A stretch of DNA of 39,205 nucleotides. Source: Chiloscyllium plagiosum. Taxonomy: Eukaryota. The first letter of the stretch is position 1; every line of letters begins with the position of its first letter. The translations under genes were made by a program, and so were the position numbers. Where the stretch lies: positions 30,703,619 to 30,742,823 of the forward strand of contig NC_057719.1 of NCBI RefSeq assembly GCF_004010195.1, written 5' to 3'. The notes under the pieces were generated by a model. The model made no database searches. It was not told where the DNA came from and saw nothing but the letters and a program-made list of their open reading frames with translations. Shown piece after piece: positions 1 through 10,879 of the stretch.

Positions 1-115
1 AAAATCAAGCAACAGGCTCTCCATTTCCAAATATACTGTTCAATGCCAAGAGGCAATTAGAAGTTTTGAATTTATAAAATGCATCCACTTAGTTCTACAT
101 CATCTGTTTATTCAG

Positions 116-258
116 GTGGAAACATAGCTATTCATTATCGGGAATGGTATAAACCATTAGTCTGGTTCTGGATTCTAGTGGGTCTGGCATACTTTGCAGC
201 TGTCCTCAGTATGATTGGAGATTGGCTACGTGTGATATCCAAGAAAACAAAGGAAGAG
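116..258 (+). CDS. KCNK10: KCNK10 (TREK-2) penultimate coding exon: end of pore loop 2, TM4 and start of proximal C-terminus
   Basis: Acceptor ttattcAG (114-115), donor GAG|GTaaga (259-260); 143 nt, phase 1 to phase 0; translates (G)[47 protein letters not shown], matching TREK M4 and joining in frame to VGEIKAH at 5759. Confidence 0.96.
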
Positions 259-804
259 GTAAGATGCTGTATTTTCTCTTAGAAACCTGCCAACCCTTTT
301 TTAGAGCTAAAGACCTCTTACCAATTAAATTACAGATCCTGGGTGGAGGCTGCAGAGTTAATGTACAGATCCTGGGAATAGATGCATAAGAGAGTCACTT
401 GCATCGGGGAAATGCCAAGATCAGCGAACTTAGTTTTGTGCACCTGCTCTTTTCTTATCCACCCATGGAACAAATCCAAAGGTTGAGCTGTTCAACACTC
501 ATTGAGCTAGCATGCCAGATTTAGGAATTATATTTGCTCATTTTTTTTAGCACTTTATTGCTGAAAAAAATGTAGGACTCATCTCCAGTTATATCTTGCA
601 CAGAAGAGTTTGAAGTTCTTTTCCAAGTGAGTACAGTCAACATAAATAGTCTTTGTGTGGGTTTGCGCAATGAGGGAGGTGGGGGGTCTTAAAAACAGCA
701 GTTCAACTTTGGAATAAGGACTGATATGGCATGTTCTTGGTTGGGACAATGTGTGGATTTTCATATCAAAAGCAATTGGTTCAGTGAGTTGTATCCATTA
801 CTGG

Positions 805-1190
805 AAGAAGTTCTTGATCACAGATTGCATCACCAATCTCCCTACCTGTACATCAACTCCTTCCATGTTGATCTCCTCCCCTGCCTCATCCTCTTTCTGT
901 GGTCCTGCAGGCCCATTGGCCTTCTAATCGAGCTGCTACATGCCCCCTCCTCGTTGGATGGCAAATTATAATGCAAGATGGTGATGATTTTGGAGACCCT
1001 GGCTGAAGTGGAAAGCAACATCCTGCCTGAGTAGCCCAAATAACGGAATCATTACTTTAGCATTCCTAAGGTGTGTTCGACAGTACAATGGATAGTGGCA
1101 TGGAATCGTACTTGTACTTTGCTGTGCCGGGTTTTTATCTGAGAATTGAGACAGATGCAATTAGTAGATCTGGTCTTCCAACAATCCATT
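805..1190 (-). mobile_element. Decayed PIF/Harbinger transposase C-terminal remnant
   Basis: Minus frame 1108-962 reads RFHATIHCTVEHTLGMLK**FRYLGYSGRMLLSTSARVSKIITILHYNL, aligning with the HARBI1-type motif HxxTRxxVExTFGxLKxRFRCLDxSGGxLxYSPxxVSKIIxxCCxLHN; acidic tail (EDEAGEE) follows. Confidence 0.72.
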
Positions 1191-2692
1191 CTTTCAAGGG
1201 TTACAAGTAATTTGGGTACTCTCAAATGTTACATTCCTGAATATTGGAAAATTAGTTTGCAGAAACCATCTGAATATTTAAGGACTGGTATTCCTTCCAG
1301 ATCAGGTATGCATTAAAGTTGATGTTTAGAAGATTCATCGCCATATGCATTCCATTTATAGCAATCTGGGCTGTCAGAAAGCCTGTCAGTAAAATAATCT
1401 GTGCCTACTCTAGTTTCCATTGGTAAACATGGCATCAGTCACTTCTTCATATAGATATGCGCTGGTTTGTCTGGCAGATGTCCCTTACAGTGATTTAGAA
1501 GGATCCTATTGCATAAAAATGTGATTCCATTGAGTCTTTCGCAACTGAATGTGAAGCTATTCCAGCCATTAACGTTACCCCAGCACAATCATTGCTTTTG
1601 CAGTTAAGTGGAGACAGCAAACTATCTTCTGACTGAATTAGAGAGAAGTGTTTTAGTGTATAAATACAGGTACTTGAATATTGATTGGACTGATCCTATA
1701 CCCTCTGAGTGATGATTTTGTCCCTTCATGAACCTGATCTCATCAAATTCATACAGCGCAATAGAAACACTTGCAACGATCACAAGAAACTGGAAGTTTT
1801 ATAGCAAAAGAATGAAAATGCATAGATCAGAAGTTTATGCCAGAAGTGTAGCTGTAGTAAAATCCTCATTGCAAAGAAAATTTACAGTTCATCACCCCAC
1901 TGAAACTTTTCTTCACTGTTTAGCTTCTGGCATGATCACTCCATTTAACTTTCAGTTCTGTGGGTAAGGTGCACTGGGACAGTCTTTCACCAAAGTCATG
2001 GGTCAAAATTTTGTGTACCCCTCACCCCCAACCTCCACCACCACAATACCATGCCCTCCTCCCTCATGCACCACCACCACAACCACAATACCGTCCCCCA
2101 CCTTCCAGAGGGATGAATGTTGGGTGATATGCAGCAGCCCATTTTCAGCACCTACCTGCCAGCCTCTACTGCAATTTAGCCAGTTGTCAGAGAGACATCA
2201 GATGGTGAGACCCTTTAAAGTCTCTTCTCCTGCTGTTGCTGGGACTTCACCTACTGCAGGAGAGCTTACAGTTGCCTGGTACAACTCGGCAAATGTGGGT
2301 GTCTCCTTGATGACTACCTGTGGCCATCAGAGGCCCCCACCCAAAGTGCAAATCTCACTGCATTCATCTTCTCTTGTCCTTCCAACGATGATATCTGTGG
2401 CCACAATGTTACTCAGCCTCATGTTACATCACATTACATCCATTGTTGAACATCTTCCACTTGACCCCACGCAAGTTCCAGCAGTGACTGCCTCTCCAAT
2501 GGTGCTGGTAAGACCCTAGTGCTGCTGACCCTCTGTTGCACAACAGCTCTCCAAGGCAAGGCCACTTTTTGGTGATGGGTGGGCATCCCACTTGTGGCCA
2601 ATTAGGGGCCCATGTGTTGAAAGGCAAGCGAGTGAGGTGAAAACAAAGAGTCTGCAGTGGGATGTACTCAGGCTAAGTAAGTGGACAACAAA

Positions 2693-2845
2693 TAGAACAT
2701 AGAAGAATACAGCGCAGTACAGGCCCTTTGGCCCTCGATGTTGCGCCGATCCAAGCCCACCTAACCTATACTAACCCACTATCCTCCATATACCTATCCA
2801 ATGCCCGCTTAAATGCCCATAAAGAGGGAGAGTCCACCACTGCTA
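2693..2845 (-). mobile_element. Young CR1 LINE 3' end
   Basis: tagaacatagaagaatacagcgcagtacaggccctttggccc = reverse complement of shark CR1 3' UTR with (tctatgt)n tail; CpGs retained. Confidence 0.8.
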
Positions 2846-2849
2846 ACCT

Positions 2850-3050
2850 TACAGCCTGTTTTATACTGTATTTCAATGTCCTTCCTACCGAAGTGCATCA
2901 CCTCACACTGCTCTGCATTAATCCTCATCTGCCATAAACCTGAAAACTACACCAATGTGTCACTGTCCTGTTGGAGTTCCACACTGTCCATCACAAACAT
3001 TATAATTCTTCCAGGTTTAGTATCTGCATATTTTGAAATTGTCCTACAGT
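2850..3050 (-). mobile_element. Degenerate CR1 RT fragment
   Basis: Minus strand gives ISKYAD.TK.G...DSVELQQD...WQMR.NAEQCEVMHFGRK. Confidence 0.65.
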
Positions 3051-3349
3051 CACACACCACACAGAAATACCGATTCACTCACTATTGTGAGGAAGTGCAC
3101 TATTCACACACTCCCTGAGGACAGACTTAAATACTGACACCCACCAGACAAAGCAAGTGAAATGCTGACAAGGTCACCCTGGAGCAAGAGAAATACCGAC
3201 AGACATTCCATGTCTGTATTAGTTTCTGCGTATTAATGAGTTTCTCTAAATCTCTGTATCAGTGTGTGTGTGTATATCTGTGTGTGTCTGCGTGGGACGA
3301 GTCTGGCAGTCACTATGGTGCTTACAGTGATGTAATATCCACCTGACAC

Positions 3350-3440
3350 GAGTTCTGAGGAAGGGTCACTCGACCTAAAACGTTAACTTTCATTTCTGTC
3401 CACAGATGCTGCCAGACCTGCTGAGCTTTATTTTGCTGTC
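3350..3440 (+). mobile_element. Penelope-like terminal (pLTR) fragment with decayed hammerhead motif
   Basis: agtt-CTGAGGA-A-GGGTC-actc-GACCT-AAAA-CG-TT-aact (3355-3384) followed by cagatgctgccagacctgctgag shared with other PLE termini in the window. Confidence 0.7.
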
Positions 3441-3555
3441 AGTCTCTGCTCGTCTCCCCCCAGCACTGTACAGCTTGGAGTGGAGGGTAAAAATCATCAG
3501 AGATTCAGTTTACGAGGGACAGAGGGAGGGCAGCAGCTCACAGCATCATCAACAA

Positions 3556-3612
3556 ACACACACACACACACACAAACACACAGACAGTCACAGGCACACA
3601 GACACACACACT
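3556..3612. repeat. (CA)n-like microsatellite; a (TG)n-like tract also at 3262-3292
   Basis: Direct inspection. Confidence 0.9.
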
Positions 3613-3647
3613 CAGAGAAATAGACACATAACATGTGCAGAGAGAGA

Positions 3648-3772
3648 ACCTTATCAAACGCCTTACTAAAATCCATATATACCACATCTACCGCTTTCCC
3701 CTCATCAACCTCCTTCGTCACCTTTTCAAAGAATTCAATAAGGTTTGTGAGGCACGACCTGCCCTTCACAAA
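3648..3772 (-). mobile_element. Well-preserved CR1 RT fragment
   Basis: FVKGRSCLTNLIEFFEKVTKEVDEGKAVDVVYMDFSKAFDKV (within ORF 3497..3769), canonical CR1 RT. Confidence 0.92.
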
Positions 3773-5758
3773 ATGGGCAGATGGAATTTAAAATGGGAAA
3801 ATTTGAGATTATGCAATTCAGCAGAAAGAATGGAGGAACTGAGTATTAAAATGAAGAAATACTAGAGATAACTGCAGCACAGAGGGATTTTAGTTTGCTC
3901 ATCCATGAATCACAAAAAACTAGCATCCGAATTCAGTGGGTAAAGGGAAGGTAAAAGAAATGTTGACCTTTATTTCAAAGTGAATGGAATATAAGATAGA
4001 GAAGTTTTACTAAAACCATACAACACACTAGTCAGACCGCGTCTAGAATATTACAAACAAATTTGGTCATCCTATCTTAGGAAAGGTAAACTAGAATTGC
4101 AGGCAGTCCAGAGTAGGTTCACTAGTTGATCCAGGCATGGAGGGACTGTCTTATGAGGAGAGGTTGAGAAGGTTTGGCATGTAGTTTAAAAGAATGAAAC
4201 ATTATTGAACCATCCAGGAGTCTTGGGGACATTGACAGAATGAATGTGCAGAGATGTTGTTTCCCCTTGTGAGAAAGTCTAGTACCATGCCACATAATCT
4301 CGGAGTAAGGAGTCACTCATTTAAGACAGGGATGAGGAGGATTTTTTATTCCTTCAGAAAGTAGTGAATCTGTGAAAATCTTTACTGCACAAGGCTGTCA
4401 AGGCTGAATTATTAAGAGTATTAAAGGCTAAGAATCAAAGGTTATAGAGAAAAGGAAAATGGAGTTGAAGATTATTAGATCAACCATGATCTCATGGAAT
4501 GGTGAGCAGATTCAAATGGCCTGCTTTGGCTCCTATGCCTTATGGTCTTATTTATATATTTATAGTCTTACTTAAAACCAGAGTTCTTCTCACAATCAGC
4601 ACTGCTTCCTTGGTTCATATAAATCATCGTAATAAATTCAGCCTCCACAATATCATGTATGTAAGTTTATTACATTACCATCATGAGTGTTCCTCCCTAA
4701 TTCCAGCAAAACCTCACAAAATCAAAACTATGTTGTATAGCTTTACTACTAAACCATAAAGTTTATCTCGAGGAGTATGCCAATAAGCAAAGATGCAACC
4801 CTTATTAATAAGGTCATAATCTGAAAAAAACTCATAAGTTAATTATCAAAAATGATATAGTCACCCCACATTGGCATAATGCTAGTTTTGAGCAGATGTG
4901 GTGTGTAGAACTTTAGGTGAGATCATTCATTTTCATTTGTAGGATCTGCTTACACAGGCATAATTAAGGTTTTCAGTCTAATGGGCTCTCTAGACTGAAA
5001 TGAAATCAGGATGTCTCAATTTATTTCCTGGGGATTTGAAACCAATTGCAAAGAATTTCCCATAGGATACCTTAATTGTCTTGCAATACTGTTATTTGGT
5101 GATAAATCCCAAAGGTATATTTAAAATCTTGAAACTTTTTGCTTCCAGAATTAGAGATGGTTTTTCAGGTTATAAAATCTAAAGGTCTTTAATTGCAGTC
5201 TTTTTCTATTTAAATATTTTGCTCCTTTGGTACAATTTAAAGACAAGATAAAACACAAAAGGAAAACCTCCATTGGATGTATTAGTGAATAGGTATATCA
5301 AGAAATGGGTTAAATCTCTAAACTCAACCATTAAATGTAATGTTTATTCAACTTATCCCCTTTTGCATTGTGTAACGAGGAAATCGAATAGTCCTTATCA
5401 AAGGGAAACAAAATGCTCCTGGTACAACTGGATTAACATAGCTTGGCAATTCATTATCTAAAATAAACTCCAAATGACTTGCTTTCTGCTTGTACAGAAG
5501 TTCCAATGTCTTTAAAACTTTCAAAATGCAAAGATTTAACAAACCCGCCTATAATTCCAAAAAGAACCCACAAGGTGATGACAGCAATGGAAACTGCCAC
5601 TGCCGTGAATGCATGCAATTTCTGCCTTCTTTCCTATTTCATGTGTAAACTAAGCTTTATTTAACACTCTGTTGCTCTTGTACATGTTACTGTTGCCTTG
5701 TTACTGAATAATTCTTTGTTTTATGTGACAATATATAATAATTTCTTTGTGCCGGAAG

Positions 5759-6364
5759 GTTGGTGAAATTAAGGCTCACGCTGCTGAATGGAAAGCAAAC
5801 GTGACGGCAGAATTTAGGGAAACACGAAGGCGATTAAGTGTTGAAATTCATGACAAACTTCAAAGGGCAGCAACTATCCGAAACATGGAGCGAAGACGGC
5901 TTGGTTTGGACCAACGAGCCCACTCCCTTGACATGCTCTCCCCTGAGAAACGATTAGCATTTGCAGGTCTGGAGACAGGTCAGTTCAAGGCCTCCTCTCA
6001 GGAAAGTATAAATGGCAATTCTAATAATCTACAGCAGAAAGAAACAAAGCAATATGACAAACACATGCAAGGAGCTTCAGAGGACAACATCATCAATAAA
6101 GTTGGATCTTCAGCAAGAGGGCCCAAGAGATTCAAAAGTAGAGAACTAAAGAAAGAGATACCAGAGAATATTAGAAAAATATATGAAACATTTGGAAATC
6201 ACACATTGGATGAAGAGAAAAAGGAACAGGAAAAAGAGAAAGAAAACAATACAAATGTTCCAGCTATAACAAGTTACGTCCAGCATTCAGAAGCAGAAGA
6301 TGACAGAACAACCAATGAAGCCAAATATCCAGAGAATAGGAAATTACTTGAAAAAAAGATATGA
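5759..6364 (+). CDS. KCNK10: KCNK10 terminal coding exon: cytoplasmic C-terminal regulatory tail
   Basis: [64 protein letters not shown]...[10 protein letters not shown]...[11 protein letters not shown]...LDEEKKE is TREK-2-specific rather than TREK-1/TRAAK; stop TGA 6362-6364. Confidence 0.96.
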   Translation, partial: VGEIKAHAAEWKANVTAEFRETRRRLSVEIHDKLQRAATIRNMERRRLGLDQRAHSLDMLSPEKRLAFAGLETGQFKASSQESINGNSNNLQQKETKQYDKHMQGASEDNIINKVGSSARGPKRFKSRELKKEIPENIRKIYETFGNHTLDEEKKEQEKEKENNTNVPAITSYVQHSEAEDDRTTNEAKYPENRKLLEKKI

Positions 6365-6425
6365 AAATACTATGGCGAACAATATAAAAAAGTTTGTTTG
6401 AAGATTTTTTTTATACTATTGACAT

Positions 6426-6433
6426 GTGCCTTA
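6426..6433 (+). promoter_or_regulatory. miR-124-3p 8mer target site
   Basis: GTGCCTTA = complement of miR-124 seed (AAGGCAC) plus A1, about 60 nt after the stop in AU-rich context. Confidence 0.6.
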
Positions 6434-7238
6434 TCATTTTAAAAATGTGGGAAAGCCATTTTCACACATGCATGGTCTACACAAACCTTTAGATTGATTT
6501 GTTATGCCACTGTGATATAGGGTTGAACTACCAAATATCAAACATAGGCTTGAATTAATCTGAACTATGGGAATGTGTTTGAAGACTACATTAGTACCAA
6601 CCTGGGAACATTTTATGTGGACTTAGTGCTCATTACCAATGCAGTATATCCAAGGAAAGAAGTGGATGGCTCTGTACATTATCAGAAGCTCCACTAAGTC
6701 TCCAATACGTTTATTACCGAGAGGATTCAGCTTTGGAAAATTTATGTCCACTTATTTATTACAATTGTTTTACAATTTTTCAACAAACATCAGTTTGTTT
6801 TAGGACCCTTGTGCATCTGCTTTGGCGTGTGTTGTACGTCCTGTTGAAGATGTTACATTTCTGATAGGTATACGAATTTCTGCAGCAGAGAAACACATCA
6901 GAGTCATGGCATTGCAATATTCTTGTGTAATTGTTGAAGACTGACATGAGCACTGAACAAAAGACTGCGGTCTGCATGTCCGTGTCTTTGTAATTTAGTA
7001 AGAAACTTCTATGACTGGTCTTGATAAATGTTGACTTCTCAGGGCTCGCTTGTCCTGCTTTTACAAGGTTTCCTATATTAGGTTTTAAAAAATATAGGGT
7101 GTTGGGAGTAATATTACACTAAAGTAATAATTCAAAGAAAGCATGTTGGTGTATGGATCTATGATCATTCTCTTTGTTGTCTGTGTACTTCTGCAATTAA
7201 TACAATTAATTTGTATTGGTTCTTGAAAATAATTAATG

Positions 7239-7271
7239 AATAAAGCAAAGACAGAATCTGATAAAATTAAA
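7239..7271 (+). terminator. Polyadenylation signals AATAAA / ATTAAA
   Basis: AATAAA 7239-7244, ATTAAA 7266-7271, downstream ttgtgctgtttttatctttt. Confidence 0.5.
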
Positions 7272-8429
7272 CAGATATTTTTAATCCTTGTGCTGTTTTT
7301 ATCTTTTCTCCTCAGTTAATACATCAACTCACTGCTCAGCTTTGTTGACTAAGTTGTTAAAACAGGCTACACACCTCTGAGTTGTCTAGAATGTAACAGT
7401 TGCAGGTCAGAAAGAATTAAAACAATATTTTCCGCAGAATCAGGTACTTCTCTGTAGAATGTTTCATTTAGTAGCCAAATTGAGATTGATGCATGGATTT
7501 ATATTGCTATCTGGTATATTGTCTTGAGTTATTGTTGGGACTTTGCAACTTCAACACTGAAAAAGGAGTGGTTTAACTGTTACAAAACACAAATGCCATG
7601 AAGATCCATGAAGTGGGGGACCACATCCCAGTTTAAGTACCAGTGTCTGCATTAGACTGGAGTAGGGTAGTAAAGTTTGAACCTCTGATGGTTTGGGAGA
7701 CTGATTTGTCTTCACATTGAAGAATCTTGAAATACCAAATAAAGCTTCAAATCAGAAAGGATGCCTGTTTTTTCTTTCACCTCCTCATTCCAAAAGGAGT
7801 ATCAGGGAATCAAACAAATGCACTTAAGAATCAGGAGCAGGGGTAGGCAATTCATTTGTAATCTTTGGGAACTCAAGTTCTGATCCAAGCTTGAAGCACC
7901 AGTTTGGCCTATTATCAGCAGACACAGGTAACACCACTCTGTTCAGATATTGCACTGACCCTGCCTTGAGGCCTGGCTGAGAGTTGGGGTATGGGAACTC
8001 TTGACATGGAAGTCCCTGCATCAGGCTAGTATCCAATGTATCTGAGACCTAGCTGATCTTGTGACTGTTCCAATGAACTCTTATTAAAGTTACAGCAGGT
8101 GTCTCCCAGTCAAGCTAATGAATTTCAGGGCCACATTGCATGTCCTAAAAACAAAATAACCAAAAACACAAGTTATTTTAAAATAGCATTGAAATAATGC
8201 AAAGTCTTTTGGTGTACATTGTCAACTGCATTTAAAACTATGTTCCTACCTTGTTCCATAGTCTGCAGCAATAACTTTTTCTGCGAGTTGCAGTGTAAGT
8301 CCATCAATGAGGTCAGTGGGGTTCTTTCGTAGTAAGTCATTTCCAATGAGGACTGCTTTCTTGTCCATGACAAGTAAATTGTCTTAAGTGTTTATAAGCT
8401 TTTAAAGCATCATTCTATTTTTAATTCAA

Positions 8430-8790
8430 GCTGCCAACCCACATTCCCTGAGCTCTGCTCACTCTCCACCCATGGTACATCTAGCTGCACGTTCATTCCA
8501 CAGGACCTCAACACCTACTCCCTGAAAGCCCATTTTCATCTCCCTCCCTGGAATTTCATCCCTCATCACCCCTGGGTGCCCCATCCACCCTGACACCCCC
8601 AGGACCTCTATCCACCTGGAATGCCATTCCCTGCCCCATCTCTGCCTGAAACCACATTCCCATTCGAGAATTTCATCCTCTCATGCTACTCTACTCCATT
8701 CCCACCACCTGAGCCCAGAATCCCAATCTCCCTGGAACCCTACTGCCTCCTCCCCTCATGTTATTCCATCCCAAATTTCTATGACCCCAG
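8430..8790. repeat. C-rich low-complexity tract with imperfect cctg(g)aa repeats
   Basis: Strong C/pyrimidine skew on +; recurrent cctgaa/cctggaa units. Confidence 0.55.
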
Positions 8791-8994
8791 TGTTTGAACA
8801 TTTAAGTGGATCACGCAATCATCAACTCCAATATCTTGGAATCTAGTTTAAATTTTAATAAAGATGAAGATTAGTTGTTGAACGTGAATAAGACATTTCT
8901 CCCAATGTCATTCAATCTATTTTAAATCATAAAAATGATCCCTTGTCCTTATTCCAAGCAAAAACAAACAACTGCTTCACTACTTGCAACAAGA

Positions 8995-9205
8995 TTTGAG
9001 GCTACACAATGAGAGTAACAGAATGTTGCACTGTCAGAGGGACCATTTGCTGAAGTCCCATCTGTTCTTTGAGGTAGATATAAAGGCACTATTTCAAAAA
9101 AAGAAGAGTGAAGTTATTTCCTGCCAATATGAATATCTCAATGAACTTCCCCCTACAAATTGACCATTATCATGTTGTTGTGGGAGTTTGCTAGGCAAAG
9201 ATGCT
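8995..9205 (+). mobile_element. DeuSINE (SacSINE1/AmnSINE1-like Deu domain) remnant
   Basis: tgttgcactgtcagagg...ggcactatttc..aagaagag...gccaatat...cattatca..ttgtgggagtttgct matches the Deu-domain consensus as recalled. Confidence 0.65.
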
Positions 9206-9699
9206 ACATAAATTCACGTCTTTTTCTTTCTCTTGTTAGCATTGACCTTGTTTGACTTCCTTTGGAATAAATAAATTGGATATACCACAGATTATCTATT
9301 ATTCATTATTTGTAGGTCAAGTGCAGAACTAAAGACGAGTTAAACACAATATTTAATTTTATTACTGAACATCACAAGCATAAAGGATACCCATATGAAT
9401 GTTTTTCTTGTTTGTTAGTAGCTTGAACATCTTTTCAATGACAATGTACAGTTACATTTGAGCAACCAGTCTTCCTCAAATTATGCTTTTTTTTATGATG
9501 AGTAATAGCAGCACTGTTTAACTATGTACAAACAGAAGAGATCGGAATTTTGGTTTTACACAATGATATACTATTTATTGGGATTTATAATTGTGTTAGA
9601 ATTTGTCGCAACATGAAATTTCTTTTAAAGAATTGTAAAGGTTGTCAACTGCCACAAGACTGGCCAGACTATAGACTATTTTCAGCAACTCTGAAGTTA

Positions 9700-9805
9700 C
9701 AGTTATCAAACTGTGTAATATCTGCCATGGTCAGATCCAAATTCAGAACATTATCTGGGATTCTGGATTAATAGTTTAGCATTAACACCATTAGGCAATT
9801 GCCTC
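9700..9805 (-). mobile_element. tRNA-derived SINE head remnant
   Basis: Reverse complement gaggcaattgcctaatggtgttaatgctaaactattaatccaga...ccatggcaga resembles shark tRNA-SINE 5' ends. Confidence 0.5.
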
Positions 9806-10879
9806 ATGAGTATTGATCATGTAAAGTGTGCATAATGTGATCTAGTAATTGTTACAGGAACACATAATATTATGTCTTGTAAACCACATTACACATTATA
9901 GTGAGCTTTCTTTGAGAACATATCCTCTGAAAAGTGTAGAACAATGCGAATGTACAGTCAGTATCATCATGATTTCCTTTTTCATATAATACAATTCTGT
10001 AATTATAAATATAGAATTTTTATTCATGTCAATGCACTGTATCACTTTTGAAGGATAATTATAGAAAGTAAGAGGGACTGGGTGTCAGGTGAAGGTTTGC
10101 CATGGCTGCCTGATATTTTTTACTGACAAAGATCCAGCACAAACATGATGGATTAAGCATGTGTTAAATTTCAATACTATTGTAGTCCCACAATTCTCTA
10201 TTTTCATAACTTGACCTCTGTCTCAATACTTTGTTTTCAATCATCCTGTTTACCTTAGATGTTAAAATTGGCTTGATTTCTGCTTGCCAGGATCCAGCTG
10301 TGTATTCAAAGATATTCATGTTATTCCTTGATAAGTTCCTTTCCTGGAACTGAAGCGTAATCTACTGTTTAAATTGATTTTTCACACTCTATTTGGACTG
10401 GTGCTGATCACATTACTGGCGTAGGCAGTGAAACAGAACAGATTTAAATCTCCCAGCCTGTATGAGGAAGCACAGGTCATAAAATTGAATTTTACCCACC
10501 AGGAATTAATTATATCTTTCTATGGTGAATCTGTATACAAATGACAATTTTGGATGAAAATTTGACTGGTTTCAAGTAAACGAACTCACTTGAATGGATG
10601 GATCTGAGACATACCTTCAGTTGGGCTTCCCACATCATTATTATTGAATTGGAAGTTGTTGGCACTTATAAGGTGGCCTCGGGCAGCTTGTTGAAGCGAT
10701 CATAAGCATTAGGCTGCTACACAATTGGCAATAATGCTTGTGTTAAATCCCTAAAAGGGACGATGAAAGAGGGAAGACCAGATAAGGGGAATAACCAGAA
10801 GAGGGTGATGATCTGCTGGGCAGTGGTTGGAATGAGGGTTTTGAGCCTGCAGAGTGCTGATTAGAAGGAGTTATAAAGT

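Larger units (their letters stand above)
2625..4550 (+). mobile_element. Old CR1 LINE 3' portion, interrupted by a 1.08-kb insertion at 2693-3772
   Basis: ...SLQWDVLRLSKW (2650-2690) resumes at 3773 as WQMEF..GK.EIMQF.RKN; continues through degenerate CR1 ORF2 C-terminus to a tail ctcctatgccttatggtctta. Confidence 0.8.
259..5758 (+). other. KCNK10: KCNK10 last intron (GT...AG, 5500 nt)
   Basis: GT at 259-260; AG at 5757-5758 preceded by tttctttgtgccgga; splicing restores [17 protein letters not shown]. Confidence 0.92.
6365..7290 (+). other. KCNK10: Probable KCNK10 3' UTR (to the first plausible poly(A) site)
   Basis: Repeat-free AT-rich sequence after the stop; AATAAA 7239-7244 and ATTAAA 7266-7271 followed by a U/GU-rich tract (about 7288-7310). 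End inferred; longer isoforms possible. Confidence 0.6.

Noticed and set aside
79..115. ATG-initiated starts of the ORFs at 79 and 5747
   Set aside because: Intronic read-through upstream of the splice acceptors at 115 and 5758
331..376. 13-bp direct repeat tacagatcctggg (331-343, 364-376)
   Set aside because: Only two copies with a 20-nt spacer; ordinary micro-duplication, not an array
1998..2519. 173-aa Pro/Thr-rich ORF in the KCNK10 intron
   Set aside because: Low complexity, no recognisable domain or splice support
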